From Bacteroidota bacterium (GTDB lineage: Bacteria; Bacteroidota; Bacteroidia; Bacteroidales; VadinHA17), in assembly GCA_037127735.1 (NCBI GenBank), contig JBAXXU010000002.1, forward strand, positions 18,406-82,405: a DNA stretch of 64,000 nucleotides, written 5' to 3'. The first letter of the stretch is position 1; each line of letters opens with the position of its first letter. A program made the translations under genes and the position numbers. Of this stretch, positions 1-9,692 are shown piece by piece. Below the pieces are notes generated by a model. The model was not told where the DNA came from, made no database searches, and saw only the letters and a program-made list of their open reading frames with translations.

Positions 1-1
1 G

Positions 2-106
2 GGGCCATATTATCCTATCCTGAGATCCATTATTGATACTGCCATAAAAAATAATCAAAATGTGTTGCAAGCATTAAATGTCATAGGTGATTATAAAAGA
101 ATATGA
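2..106 (+). mobile_element. 3' end of a probable IS66-family transposase, partial and probably degenerate
   Basis: Not in the ORF track. Frame 2 reads GPYYPILRSIIDTAIKNNQNVLQALNVIGDYKRI* (TGA at 104-106). This resembles, from recall, the IS66 TnpC C-terminal motif (I/L)RS(V/I)IDTxIKNxQNVxxAL. Truncated by the window edge. Confidence 0.55.
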
Positions 107-124
107 TTTATCTTATTACTTTTA

Positions 125-170
125 ACTTTAGGCACTTTAGGCACTTTAGGCACTCCAAACTTTAGGCACT
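125..170. repeat. 9-bp tandem repeat ACTTTAGGC: three tandem copies plus one displaced copy
   Basis: Exact copies at 125-133, 134-142, 143-151 and 159-167. Confidence 0.9.
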
Positions 171-199
171 GATTAGTAACCTATATCATTATTTATTAT

Positions 200-207
200 T
201 ATCTTTG
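200..207 (+). promoter_or_regulatory. Bacteroidota sigma-A -7 element TATCTTTG
   Basis: Matches TAnnTTTG, 35 nt before the ATG at 243. Confidence 0.6.
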
Positions 208-242
208 CACCTTAAATCGAAATGATATATTCAGGGAGGTAA

Positions 243-1049
243 ATGGAAAGCAGGAAGGTATTATTCATTTCACAAGAGATCACTCCATACTTAGGTGAGA
301 CGAAGTTATCGAAGATCGGAAGATTTCTCCCGCAAGGCATTCAGGAAAGGGGAAAAGAGATCCGGACTTTCATGCCGAGGTATGGTTGTATTAATGAAAG
401 AAGGAATCAGCTTCATGAAGTTATCAGGCTTTCGGGGATGAATCTTATTATTGACGACACTGATCATCCTCTCATAATTAAAGTTGCTTCAATTCAATCG
501 GCCCGAATGCAGGTCTATTTTATTGATAATGACGACTATTTCCAGCGAAAACATATTATAAGCGACACTTCAGGACAAGAATTTGAAGATAATGATGAAC
601 GTGCATTATTCTTTGCCCGGGGTGTAATTGAAACGGTTAAGAAACTGCGATGGGCTCCCGATATTGTTCATTGCCTTGGATGGATGTCAGCCCTGGCGCC
701 TGTTTATCTCAGGAGTATCTACCATGATGATCCCCTGTTCCATAATTACAAAATTATCTATTCGATTTACAATAATGATTTCAAAACTCCGTTTAGATCA
801 ACATTCGCCGATAAACTGCGTTTCGACGGAATAGATGGAGAAAACCTTAAAATGATTAAGAAACCCGATTTTGTCAATGTCTCAAAACTGGCTATCAAAT
901 ATTCTGACGGGATCATTATCGGTAGTGAAGATATAAATGAAGAATTGACCAAATATATTAGTACAATTAACAAACCGGTTCTTACATACAAGGATGAGAC
1001 CGAATATATTGATGCCTATAATGATTTTTATGACAAGATATTATCATAG
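243..1049 (+). CDS. Glycogen/starch synthase N-terminal-domain-only protein (Glyco_transf_5-like)
   Basis: KVLFISQEITPY, EIRTFMPRYG, YFIDNDDYF, DNDERALFFARG and PDIVHCLGW are GT5 N-domain motifs. Only 268 aa, with no C-terminal GT-B domain. Confidence 0.8.
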   Translation: MESRKVLFISQEITPYLGETKLSKIGRFLPQGIQERGKEIRTFMPRYGCINERRNQLHEVIRLSGMNLIIDDTDHPLIIKVASIQSARMQVYFIDNDDYFQRKHIISDTSGQEFEDNDERALFFARGVIETVKKLRWAPDIVHCLGWMSALAPVYLRSIYHDDPLFHNYKIIYSIYNNDFKTPFRSTFADKLRFDGIDGENLKMIKKPDFVNVSKLAIKYSDGIIIGSEDINEELTKYISTINKPVLTYKDETEYIDAYNDFYDKILS

Positions 1050-2391
1050 TTCCAAACTCCCCAACAGATTTATTTCTGTTTCATATACTAACTTTTACAT
1101 ATTTCGTCTGATATTCTTTGCTCTAATGGTTTTTTTTGTAACCTCTTGTGAGGAGGGACCAACAAAAATTGGATCCGATCTGCTGCCGGGAAGTGATTTT
1201 GTTAATATAAAATCGATCGATACTATAAGTGTAAAGTCTTATACCATGTATGATGATTCAATACGGACAGATAATTCCAGTGTTTCTTACCTGGGGCAAA
1301 TTTATGATCCCTACTTTGGCACAACAACGGCGAATTTTGTTACGCAGATAAGAATGGGTTCAAAATGGGATGGATTGTCATATACCGTTGACTCAGTAAA
1401 ATTATTTCTCTCGCTTCTCGATGTTGAGGGAGGAACTAATGTTACTCATTCAATAAGTATTTCTGAGATATCTGACCAGCTTGATACAGATTCGGCATAC
1501 TATTCAAATAAACCGGTTCCACTGACAGGATGGGAGCTTACAAATATTGACCTTCCTCAACTTCAGGCTGATACAATAAATAATATAGTAGTAAGGATAC
1601 CTGTTGATTTCGGCAATTACCTTATACGCGACACTTCAAAATTGTTTTATAGCAATACTAAAAGTGATTTCAGGTCTTATTTCAAAGGCATTTACTTCCA
1701 GATGGACCCCAGCCCCGATCCGTTGCTCGTATCCCTGACCCTTCAGCTATCATCAACTTCGACCGGTTACAGCAACCGTTTTGTTCTGTATATGCATGAC
1801 ATCGATGGTCTCGCGAGCGAATTCTATTTTATTCTTGATGCTGTAAACAGAAACGCTTCTTTTAACCGATTCTCTCATAATTTCAGTACCGCCAGCCTGG
1901 GGAATAAGATGTTACATAGAAATACAACGTACAAAGACACTCTCTCGTATCTTCAGTACCTTAATGGAGTATATATCAAAATATCATTACCAGGCCTCGA
2001 AAATCTGAAAAACGATCCTTCTTTTGACAATATTGCAGTGAATAAAGTCAGGCTCACCGTTCCTGTATATTTAGATGGTGATCTTTATAAAACAACAACC
2101 GTTCCTTCTTCGTTGTTTCTCAGGTATAAAACTAACAGCGGAACCAAATATGTTGTACCTGACTATAATATAGATACTTATCATTCCTTCTTTGATGGAA
2201 CACTCGATACAACAGCTCTTGTTTATAATTTCAATATACCTTCTTTTGTTCAGGGATATCTTGAGGATGATAAAAATAATATACAACCGGAACTTGAAAT
2301 TTTTCAGGGAACAGGTACAAAAAACGTTATTCTAAAAGCTAATAACAATAAAACTCCGGTAAAATTTCAATTTACCTATACCAAGTTCTAA
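994..2391 (+). CDS. DUF4270-family lipoprotein; start uncertain (ATG 1030 or 1126 possible)
   Basis: Hydrophobic stretch ending in the lipobox-like VTSC, a beta-rich body, and position between the GT5-like gene and glmS as typical of Bacteroidota. Confidence 0.7.
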   Translation: MRPNILMPIMIFMTRYYHSSKLPNRFISVSYTNFYIFRLIFFALMVFFVTSCEEGPTKIGSDLLPGSDFVNIKSIDTISVKSYTMYDDSIRTDNSSVSYLGQIYDPYFGTTTANFVTQIRMGSKWDGLSYTVDSVKLFLSLLDVEGGTNVTHSISISEISDQLDTDSAYYSNKPVPLTGWELTNIDLPQLQADTINNIVVRIPVDFGNYLIRDTSKLFYSNTKSDFRSYFKGIYFQMDPSPDPLLVSLTLQLSSTSTGYSNRFVLYMHDIDGLASEFYFILDAVNRNASFNRFSHNFSTASLGNKMLHRNTTYKDTLSYLQYLNGVYIKISLPGLENLKNDPSFDNIAVNKVRLTVPVYLDGDLYKTTTVPSSLFLRYKTNSGTKYVVPDYNIDTYHSFFDGTLDTTALVYNFNIPSFVQGYLEDDKNNIQPELEIFQGTGTKNVILKANNNKTPVKFQFTYTKF

Positions 2392-2446
2392 ATTTTTTGA
2401 ACCAAAATTGTTACTTTCGTGCATAGTATTCTAAAACGCGTATATT

Positions 2447-4282
2447 ATGTGTGGAATTATTGGCTATATAGGATCAAAACCTGCCCGTGAAATAATCATT
2501 AATGGCCTTAAACGACTTGAATACCGCGGATATGATTCTGCCGGAATGGCTCTTGTAAATGGTGAGACCAGGATCTTCAAATGTGCAGGCAGAGTGAAAG
2601 ATCTTGAGGAAGTGGTTAATAAATCAAACTTTGATGGAACAACCGGTATGGGTCATACGCGGTGGGCAACGCACGGAGAACCCAACGAGCTGAATGCCCA
2701 TCCTCAGGTATCATACAAAGGCAACTTTATTGTTGTCCATAATGGGATTATTGAGAATTATTCCCGTCTCAAAAAACACCTCGAGAGCAGAGGAATAGTA
2801 TTTACAAGTCAGACCGATACCGAAGTTCTTGCCAATCTTATTGAACACCTTTATCTTGAAGGCGATCTGACAGCTGAACAGGCAATTACAATGGCGCTTA
2901 ACAGAGTTGAAGGTGCATACGGTCTGGTAATACTTTGTACTCAGGAAGCCAATAAACTATTCGCTGCCAAAAAAGGCAGTCCGCTCGTCATCGGGGTAGG
3001 AGAGGGTGAAAACTTTATTGCTTCCGATGCAACACCGATTGTCGAATATACCCAGAGGGTTATCTATCTGAACGATGATGATATTGCCATTATTAAGAAA
3101 GATGAGCTTATTCTCAAAACAATAAGAAGTGAAAAGATTCAACCGGTGGTAAAAGAGCTTGACCTTAAGATCGGTGAGATAGACAAAGAGGGTTTTCCCC
3201 ATTTCATGCTGAAGGAAATATTTGAGCAGCCCAGGGCAATTCACGATACTTTCAGGGGCAGGGTCTTGCCCGATTATTCAGGTATAATGTTAGGCGGCCT
3301 TCATAATATCCTTGAATCGTTGGCCCAATCAGAGAAAATAATTATAATAGCCTGTGGAACTTCGTGGCATGCAGGGCTTCTTGGCGAATATATCTTTGAG
3401 GAGTACACCCGTATTCCTGTTGAGGTGGAATACGCTTCCGAATTCCGGTACCGGAATCCAATAATTAATATGGGGGATTTAGTAATTGCCATAAGCCAGA
3501 GCGGCGAAACTGCCGATACCCTCGCAGCTATCAAACTTGCAAAATCCAAAGGGGCTAAAGTCATAGGGATATGCAATGTAGTAGGCAGCAGCATCCCCCG
3601 CGAAACCGATGCAGGTGTTTATACCCACGCCGGTCCGGAGATTGGTGTTGCATCAACAAAAGCTTTTACAAGCCAGGTCACGGTACTGGCAATGATGGCA
3701 TTTGAAATAGGGCACAAAAAGGGAATTCTATCCGATTCGGCATACAAAGAGCTGATAACGGAACTGGTATCAATCCCGGGGAAAATTGAAAAGGCACTGG
3801 GAGTTAATGATCAGGCACTGGAGCTTGCAAAAATATTTCAAAATACACACAATGCCCTATATCTCGGAAGGGGATATCTTTTCCCGGTTGCTCTTGAAGG
3901 CGCTTTGAAGCTGAAGGAGATTTCGTATATACATGCCGAAGGTTATCCTGCTGCTGAAATGAAACACGGACCTATTGCCCTCATCGATGAGAATATGCCT
4001 GTTGTAGTAGTTGCCACAAAAGATGACACCTATGAAAAGATCATAAGTAATATTCAGGAGATTAAAGCGAGAAAGGGGAATGTAATTGCTATTGTCACCC
4101 AAGGGGATGAAATAATCAGGAAAATGGCCGATTATGTTCTTGAAGTACCTGAAACACTACCGGTATTTTCGGGTCTGCTTGCCGTAATTCCTCTTCAGTT
4201 GCTATCATATCATATTGCAGTTTTGAGAGGGTGTAATGTTGACCAGCCCAGGAATCTGGCAAAGTCTGTTACCGTCGAATAA
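2447..4282 (+). CDS. glmS: Glutamine--fructose-6-phosphate aminotransferase
   Basis: N-terminal MCGIIG, LEYRGYDSAG, GHTRWATHG, SQSGETADT, EGALKLKEISY and C-terminal PRNLAKSVTVE. Confidence 0.98.
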   Translation: MCGIIGYIGSKPAREIIINGLKRLEYRGYDSAGMALVNGETRIFKCAGRVKDLEEVVNKSNFDGTTGMGHTRWATHGEPNELNAHPQVSYKGNFIVVHNGIIENYSRLKKHLESRGIVFTSQTDTEVLANLIEHLYLEGDLTAEQAITMALNRVEGAYGLVILCTQEANKLFAAKKGSPLVIGVGEGENFIASDATPIVEYTQRVIYLNDDDIAIIKKDELILKTIRSEKIQPVVKELDLKIGEIDKEGFPHFMLKEIFEQPRAIHDTFRGRVLPDYSGIMLGGLHNILESLAQSEKIIIIACGTSWHAGLLGEYIFEEYTRIPVEVEYASEFRYRNPIINMGDLVIAISQSGETADTLAAIKLAKSKGAKVIGICNVVGSSIPRETDAGVYTHAGPEIGVASTKAFTSQVTVLAMMAFEIGHKKGILSDSAYKELITELVSIPGKIEKALGVNDQALELAKIFQNTHNALYLGRGYLFPVALEGALKLKEISYIHAEGYPAAEMKHGPIALIDENMPVVVVATKDDTYEKIISNIQEIKARKGNVIAIVTQGDEIIRKMADYVLEVPETLPVFSGLLAVIPLQLLSYHIAVLRGCNVDQPRNLAKSVTVE

Positions 4283-4303
4283 AAAAACTTAGAGTGTTCC
4301 GGG

Positions 4304-6301
4304 ATGAACCTGACTGACAACTATAGAGACATAAGCGGGCCTGAAATCGCGATACTGAAATCGAATGGTTGCCATTGCGACAACTGGGGCAGGGTCAAGG
4401 TAAAAGAAGAATTTGATCCCTCGCGTTGCACAAATGTTATCTTTTCAGGCGATATCCGACTTGGTGTTTTCAATGAACCTTTTATTGATGAATCGGGGGT
4501 TAGCATACCAAGCGGTATTCTGAATGCGAGATTACATAATTGTTCCATAGGATCAAATGTAATAATTAATAATATCGGTGATTATATTGCAAATTATAAT
4601 ATTGAAGATAAGGTTGTTATAAAAAATTGCGGGAAAATACATACCGAAGGTATTTCCTCTTTTGGAAACGGAACATCTGTTGCTGTCCTCAATGAAACCG
4701 GAGCCAGGGCAGTTAAGATGTGGGACAGGCTTTCTGCTCACGAAGCCTATATAATAGCGCTCTACAGGCATCGTGGGAATGCTATTAATGAAATTGAAAA
4801 GTTGGTTGATGACTATGCTTTATCACATTCCGGTGGAACAGGAACTATAGGACAAAATTCAAGAATATTCAATTGCAACAACATACGGAATGTAAAATTG
4901 GGTCCGTGCAGCCGTATTGAAGGAGCTATGACTCTGAATGAAGGATCGGTAAATAGTTGCGAGGCTGATCCTGTTTTTATCGGCCCGGGAGTTATAATGG
5001 AACATTTTATTGTCTGTTCCGGCTCTGTAGTTACTGAATCAACGCTGATTGATAAATGCTTCATCGGGCAGGGCTGTGTACTTGCCAAACATTATTCAGC
5101 AGAAAACTCCCTGTTTTTTGCAAACTGCGGTGGTTATCATGGTGAAGCCTGTTCAATATTTGCCGGCCCCTATACAGTTACTCATCATAAGTCAACACTT
5201 CTTATTGCCGGGATCTTTTCATTCATGAATGCAGGCAGCGGATCGAACCAGAGTAACCACATGTACAAACTTGGCCCTATTCACCAGGGAATTATGGAGC
5301 GCGGTTCCAAGACAACCAGTAACTCATACCTGTTATGGCCGGCGCGCATTGGGCCTTTTACCCTGGTTATGGGCCGTCATTATAAGAATATGGATACCTC
5401 TTTACTTCCATTCTCATATCTTATTGAAAGTAACGATGAAAGCATCCTTGTTCCCGGAATCAACCTCAGAAGTGTCGGCACGATAAGGGATGCTCAGAAA
5501 TGGCCCGTCCGCGACAGGAGGAAAGATCCTTTAAAGATCGATCAGGTTAACTTTAACCTGCTTAGTCCATATACAATAAGGAAGATGTTTGACGGCAGGA
5601 ATCTTTTACGTAAAATTAAGGCAGAATCTGCTGAAGAAACATCAATTTATTCTTACAATAACATGCTGATAAAAAGAGCTTCCCTTGAGCGGGGTATAGA
5701 ACTTTATCAGACAGGCATCAATAAATTTCTTGGCAACTCATTAATAAAAAGGGTTGAAAAGATAGATTTCCAAACAAATGAGGAGCTGAGAAAACGACTT
5801 ATTCCTGACCGGCAGCAGGGAAAAGGAGAATGGGTTGATCTGGCTGGATTGATTGCTCCAAAGAATGAAGTTGACAACCTTCTCGATGAGGTTGAATCTG
5901 GTAAGATAAATTCGGTTGAAAGATTGTCAGAAGCATTTGTTGAAATGCACGATTCATATTACGATTGGGAATGGACATGGTCATGCGAAAGGGTAGAGGA
6001 AGAATATGGAACCACTGTTAATAAATTAACAGCAGGCGATGTGATAAGGATAGTTGAAAGATGGGAAAAGAGTGTTGTTGATCTGGACAATCTTCTTTAT
6101 GAAGATGCCCGGAAAGAGTTTACATTATCATCTATGACCGGATTTGGAATTGACGGTGGAGATGATATCAAAAAGCTTGATTATGAGCAGGTAAGGGGAG
6201 AATTTGAATCAAACAGAGTTGTTGCTGCTATTAAGGAGCATATAAAAATAAAATCAGCTCTTGGAAATGAGCTGATTGAACGGATGAAAAGGATAAATTG
6301 A
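4304..6301 (+). CDS. DUF4954-family protein with a left-handed beta-helix-like region
   Basis: 665 aa with hexapeptide-like repeats, GEACSIFAGPYTVTHHKSTLLIAG and GSGSNQSNHMYKLGPIHQG, recalled as DUF4954. Confidence 0.75.
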   Translation: MNLTDNYRDISGPEIAILKSNGCHCDNWGRVKVKEEFDPSRCTNVIFSGDIRLGVFNEPFIDESGVSIPSGILNARLHNCSIGSNVIINNIGDYIANYNIEDKVVIKNCGKIHTEGISSFGNGTSVAVLNETGARAVKMWDRLSAHEAYIIALYRHRGNAINEIEKLVDDYALSHSGGTGTIGQNSRIFNCNNIRNVKLGPCSRIEGAMTLNEGSVNSCEADPVFIGPGVIMEHFIVCSGSVVTESTLIDKCFIGQGCVLAKHYSAENSLFFANCGGYHGEACSIFAGPYTVTHHKSTLLIAGIFSFMNAGSGSNQSNHMYKLGPIHQGIMERGSKTTSNSYLLWPARIGPFTLVMGRHYKNMDTSLLPFSYLIESNDESILVPGINLRSVGTIRDAQKWPVRDRRKDPLKIDQVNFNLLSPYTIRKMFDGRNLLRKIKAESAEETSIYSYNNMLIKRASLERGIELYQTGINKFLGNSLIKRVEKIDFQTNEELRKRLIPDRQQGKGEWVDLAGLIAPKNEVDNLLDEVESGKINSVERLSEAFVEMHDSYYDWEWTWSCERVEEEYGTTVNKLTAGDVIRIVERWEKSVVDLDNLLYEDARKEFTLSSMTGFGIDGGDDIKKLDYEQVRGEFESNRVVAAIKEHIKIKSALGNELIERMKRIN

Positions 6302-6310
6302 TGAGATTCG

Positions 6311-7372
6311 CTATCTGCCTGAATACATCAGATCGTAATACTTGCCATAATCACCTGACAATACCCTTTCGAGCCATTTTTCGTTTGTAAGATACCATTC
6401 AACGGTTTTTTCAAGACCATCAGCAAACTCAGGTATCGGAGACCAGCCAAGTTCTTTCTGTAACTTCGAGGAGTCAATAGCATACCTCAGGTCATGGCCC
6501 GGACGGTCCTTAACATAGGTTATGAGCTTCGCGGATGTTCCGGCAGGACGGTTGAGTTTTTTATCCATTATCCTGCAGAGAAGATTTATGAGATCAATAT
6601 TTGTCCATTCATTATTTCCGCCGATGTTATAAGTTTCGCCCATATTTCCGCGGTGAAAGATAAGATCTATAGCCGAAGCATGATCTTCAACATATAGCCA
6701 GTCGCGTATATTTTCACCTTTTCCGTACACTGGGATAGGTTTGCTGTTTTTAATATTATTTATTGCAAGCGGAATAAGTTTTTCAGGGAACTGGTTGGGC
6801 CCGTAATTATTTGAACAGTTAGATATTATAACAGGAATTCCGAAGGTGTGGTTATAAGCTCTGACAAGATGGTCGGAACTTGCCTTGGATGCTGAGTAAG
6901 GACTTTTTGGGTCGTATGCAGTCTGTTCCGTGAAGAGACCCTCTTTTCCCAGTGATCCGTAAACCTCGTCGGTTGAAATATGATAAAACAGTTTTCCTTC
7001 AGGAGAATTTTTCCAACAGTTACATGCAGCATTAAGAAGGTTAACAGTGCCCACAATATTTGTAAATACAAATTCATCGGGAGCGGTTATGGAACGATCT
7101 ACATGCGATTCGGCAGCAAGATGTATTATCCCGTCAAGGTTATACTTCTTAAAAAGTTCCAGAACAGATTGCTTGTCAACGATATCAACCTTTTCAAAAA
7201 GGTAATTGTTCTTTTTATCAATATCTGTCAGGTTTTCAAGGTTCCCTGCATAGGTAAGCTTATCAGCATTCACAATAAGATAATCGGGATAATTGTTAAC
7301 GAACCTTCTTACCACATGCGAGCCAATAAATCCGGCGCCACCGGTTATAAGAACAGTTTTCTTCATAATCAT
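6311..7372 (-). CDS. rfbB: dTDP-glucose 4,6-dehydratase
   Basis: GGAGFIGS, HLAAESHVDRSI, HISTDEVYG, YSASK, NNYGPNQFPEKLIP and DRPGHDLRYAID. Confidence 0.97.
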   Translation of the reverse strand: MIMKKTVLITGGAGFIGSHVVRRFVNNYPDYLIVNADKLTYAGNLENLTDIDKKNNYLFEKVDIVDKQSVLELFKKYNLDGIIHLAAESHVDRSITAPDEFVFTNIVGTVNLLNAACNCWKNSPEGKLFYHISTDEVYGSLGKEGLFTEQTAYDPKSPYSASKASSDHLVRAYNHTFGIPVIISNCSNNYGPNQFPEKLIPLAINNIKNSKPIPVYGKGENIRDWLYVEDHASAIDLIFHRGNMGETYNIGGNNEWTNIDLINLLCRIMDKKLNRPAGTSAKLITYVKDRPGHDLRYAIDSSKLQKELGWSPIPEFADGLEKTVEWYLTNEKWLERVLSGDYGKYYDLMYSGR

Positions 7373-8400
7373 TCAATTTTATTCCTGATTTTCCTTTCCC
7401 AGGCCCAGGCTGTTTTCATAGCTTCATCGAGGGAGCTTAAAGTTTTCCAGCCGAGCTCTTTATTTGCAAATGACGGATCGGCCCATATCTTTTCAATATC
7501 ACCCGGTCTTCTTCCTGTTACCCTGTATTTTAATTTAATGCCGGAAACCCGTTCAAATGATCTTATAGCCTCAAGAACAGATACTCCTGTGCCTGTTCCC
7601 AGGTTAAAAACTTCATAATTGGTCTTGTTTCTTCCTTCAATAAGTCTTTTTACAGCAATTACATGGGCTTTAGCGAGATCGACAACATGCAAATAATCTC
7701 TTACGCAATAGCCATCGGGAGTATCAAAATCGTTTCCGAATACTCTGAGTTCATCTCTTAAGCCGTACGCGGTTTGTGTAATATATGGCACAAGATTTTC
7801 GGGAACTCCTCTCGGCAGTTCTCCTATCAGGGCGGATGGATGAGCTCCTATCGGATTGAAGTACCTTAAGGAAATTGCATTGATATTTTTATCGGAGAAG
7901 GTAGTATCCCTGATAATTGCTTCACCAATTTGTTTGGTATTTCCGTAGGGTGAAGCTGCAGGTTGGAATGGAGTATCTTCAGTGACCGGTAATTTTTCGG
8001 GCTGCCCGTAAACTGTACATGAAGATGAAAAGACCAGGGCAGGAACATTGTACCTTTTCATTGAACTGAGGATATTTACCAGCGATAGAAGATTATTCCG
8101 GTAATACTCCAACGGCTTTGTAACTGACTCCCCCACAGCTTTATAGGCCGCAAAATGAATGATAGCTGATATATCCTTATTCTTACTGAAAAACTGGTCA
8201 AGTTTTTCCTGATTGCACAGGTCAAATACTTCAAGCGCGGGCTTAACTCCGGTTATCTCATATATTCTGTCAACAACCTCTGCTTCAGAGTTGTAGAGGT
8301 TGTCGATCATTACAACATCGAATCCCTCCTTAATAAGTTCAACTGATGTATGCGAACCGATATATCCGGTTCCACCGGTAACAAGGATTTTCTTTCTCAT
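7369..8400 (-). CDS. galE: UDP-glucose 4-epimerase
   Basis: GGTGYIGSH, HFAAYKAVGESV, FSSSCTVYG, YGNTK, LRYFNPIGAH and DGYCVRDYLHV. Overlaps rfbB by 4 nt. Confidence 0.95.
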   Translation of the reverse strand: MRKKILVTGGTGYIGSHTSVELIKEGFDVVMIDNLYNSEAEVVDRIYEITGVKPALEVFDLCNQEKLDQFFSKNKDISAIIHFAAYKAVGESVTKPLEYYRNNLLSLVNILSSMKRYNVPALVFSSSCTVYGQPEKLPVTEDTPFQPAASPYGNTKQIGEAIIRDTTFSDKNINAISLRYFNPIGAHPSALIGELPRGVPENLVPYITQTAYGLRDELRVFGNDFDTPDGYCVRDYLHVVDLAKAHVIAVKRLIEGRNKTNYEVFNLGTGTGVSVLEAIRSFERVSGIKLKYRVTGRRPGDIEKIWADPSFANKELGWKTLSSLDEAMKTAWAWERKIRNKIE

Positions 8401-9690
8401 TTACAGGCTCCAGTAAGTATGATTTTTAATTTTTCCGCGAAGAACCCCTTTTACATCAACAAGGATTCCATCCTTATTTAGTAAAGGAGTAAAAAATGAT
8501 TCATCCAGTTTTAAATAATCTTTATGACTGACAGCCAGTATTACAGCATCGTATTTGCCTGACGGATGGTCTTTCATGTCAATGCCATATTCTTCTTTAA
8601 CCTCATGTTTTCCTGCTCCGGGATCAATTACATCCACCTTGATTCCAAAATCAGCAAGCTCTTTTATTACATCAACTACTTTTGAATTACGGATATCTGT
8701 AACATCCTCTTTGAAGGTAATGCCCATGATAAGTACGCGTACATCTTTAAGGTTCTTGCCGGATGCAATTATTTTTTTTACAGTCTGTTTTCCAATATAC
8801 CCGCCCATACTGTCGTTAATGAACCTCCCCGAATCAATCATCTGCGGGTGATAACCCAGAGACTTTGCTTTGAACGACAGATAGTAAGGATCGACACCAA
8901 TACAATGGCCTCCGACAAGCCCGGGATAGAACTTAAGGAAGTTCCATTTTGTTCCGGCAGCTTCAAGAACTTCATAAGTGTTTACACCAAGTCTGTTAAA
9001 AATAATTGACAGTTCATTCATAAAGGCTATGTTAATATCGCGCTGGGTGTTTTCAATGATTTTTGCAGCCTCGGCAACTTTTATTGAGCTTGCCCTGTGA
9101 ATACCGGCCTTAATGATCAGTTCGTAGGTTTTTGCTATGTTTTCAGCCGATTCGGCATCGCAACCGCTTGTAACTTTCACGATTTTTGTAAGGGTATGAT
9201 TAGTATCTCCCGGGTTTATTCTTTCGGGTGAGAAACCAACCTTAAAGTCAGTGCCGCATTTCAATTCTGAATATCTCTCGAGCACCGGGATACAGTCATC
9301 CTCGGTACATCCGGGGTAAACGGTTGATTCATAGACAACATAATCTCCTTTTTTAAGGACTCTTCCAACTGTTTCTGAAGCCCTGAGAACCGGTGTCAGA
9401 TCGGGTAAGTTATTCCTGTTTGTAGGAGTGGGTACAGCGATGATATGAAATGATGCCTCTTTTAAGTCAGCCTGATCACTGGTAAAAACGATATCAGCAT
9501 CCTTAAACGCATCAGAGGTGAGTTCATTACTGGGGTCGATACCGTTTCTCATTAGTTCAACCCGGTCAGGTTTTATATCAAACCCGACTACTCTGATTTG
9601 TTTTGCAAACTCAAGTGCGATTGGCAGGCCAACATATCCGAGGCCTATGACAGAAAGTTTTGTCTCCTTATTGATTAGCTTCTTGTACAT
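8401..9690 (-). CDS. UDP-N-acetylhexosamine 6-dehydrogenase (WbpO/TviB/WbpA family)
   Basis: GLGYVGLP, VYESTVYPG, FSPERINPGD, EAAKIIENTQRD, GLVGGHCIGVDPYYL and GITFKEDVTDIRNS. Confidence 0.9.
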   Translation of the reverse strand: MYKKLINKETKLSVIGLGYVGLPIALEFAKQIRVVGFDIKPDRVELMRNGIDPSNELTSDAFKDADIVFTSDQADLKEASFHIIAVPTPTNRNNLPDLTPVLRASETVGRVLKKGDYVVYESTVYPGCTEDDCIPVLERYSELKCGTDFKVGFSPERINPGDTNHTLTKIVKVTSGCDAESAENIAKTYELIIKAGIHRASSIKVAEAAKIIENTQRDINIAFMNELSIIFNRLGVNTYEVLEAAGTKWNFLKFYPGLVGGHCIGVDPYYLSFKAKSLGYHPQMIDSGRFINDSMGGYIGKQTVKKIIASGKNLKDVRVLIMGITFKEDVTDIRNSKVVDVIKELADFGIKVDVIDPGAGKHEVKEEYGIDMKDHPSGKYDAVILAVSHKDYLKLDESFFTPLLNKDGILVDVKGVLRGKIKNHTYWSL

Positions 9691-9692
9691 TG

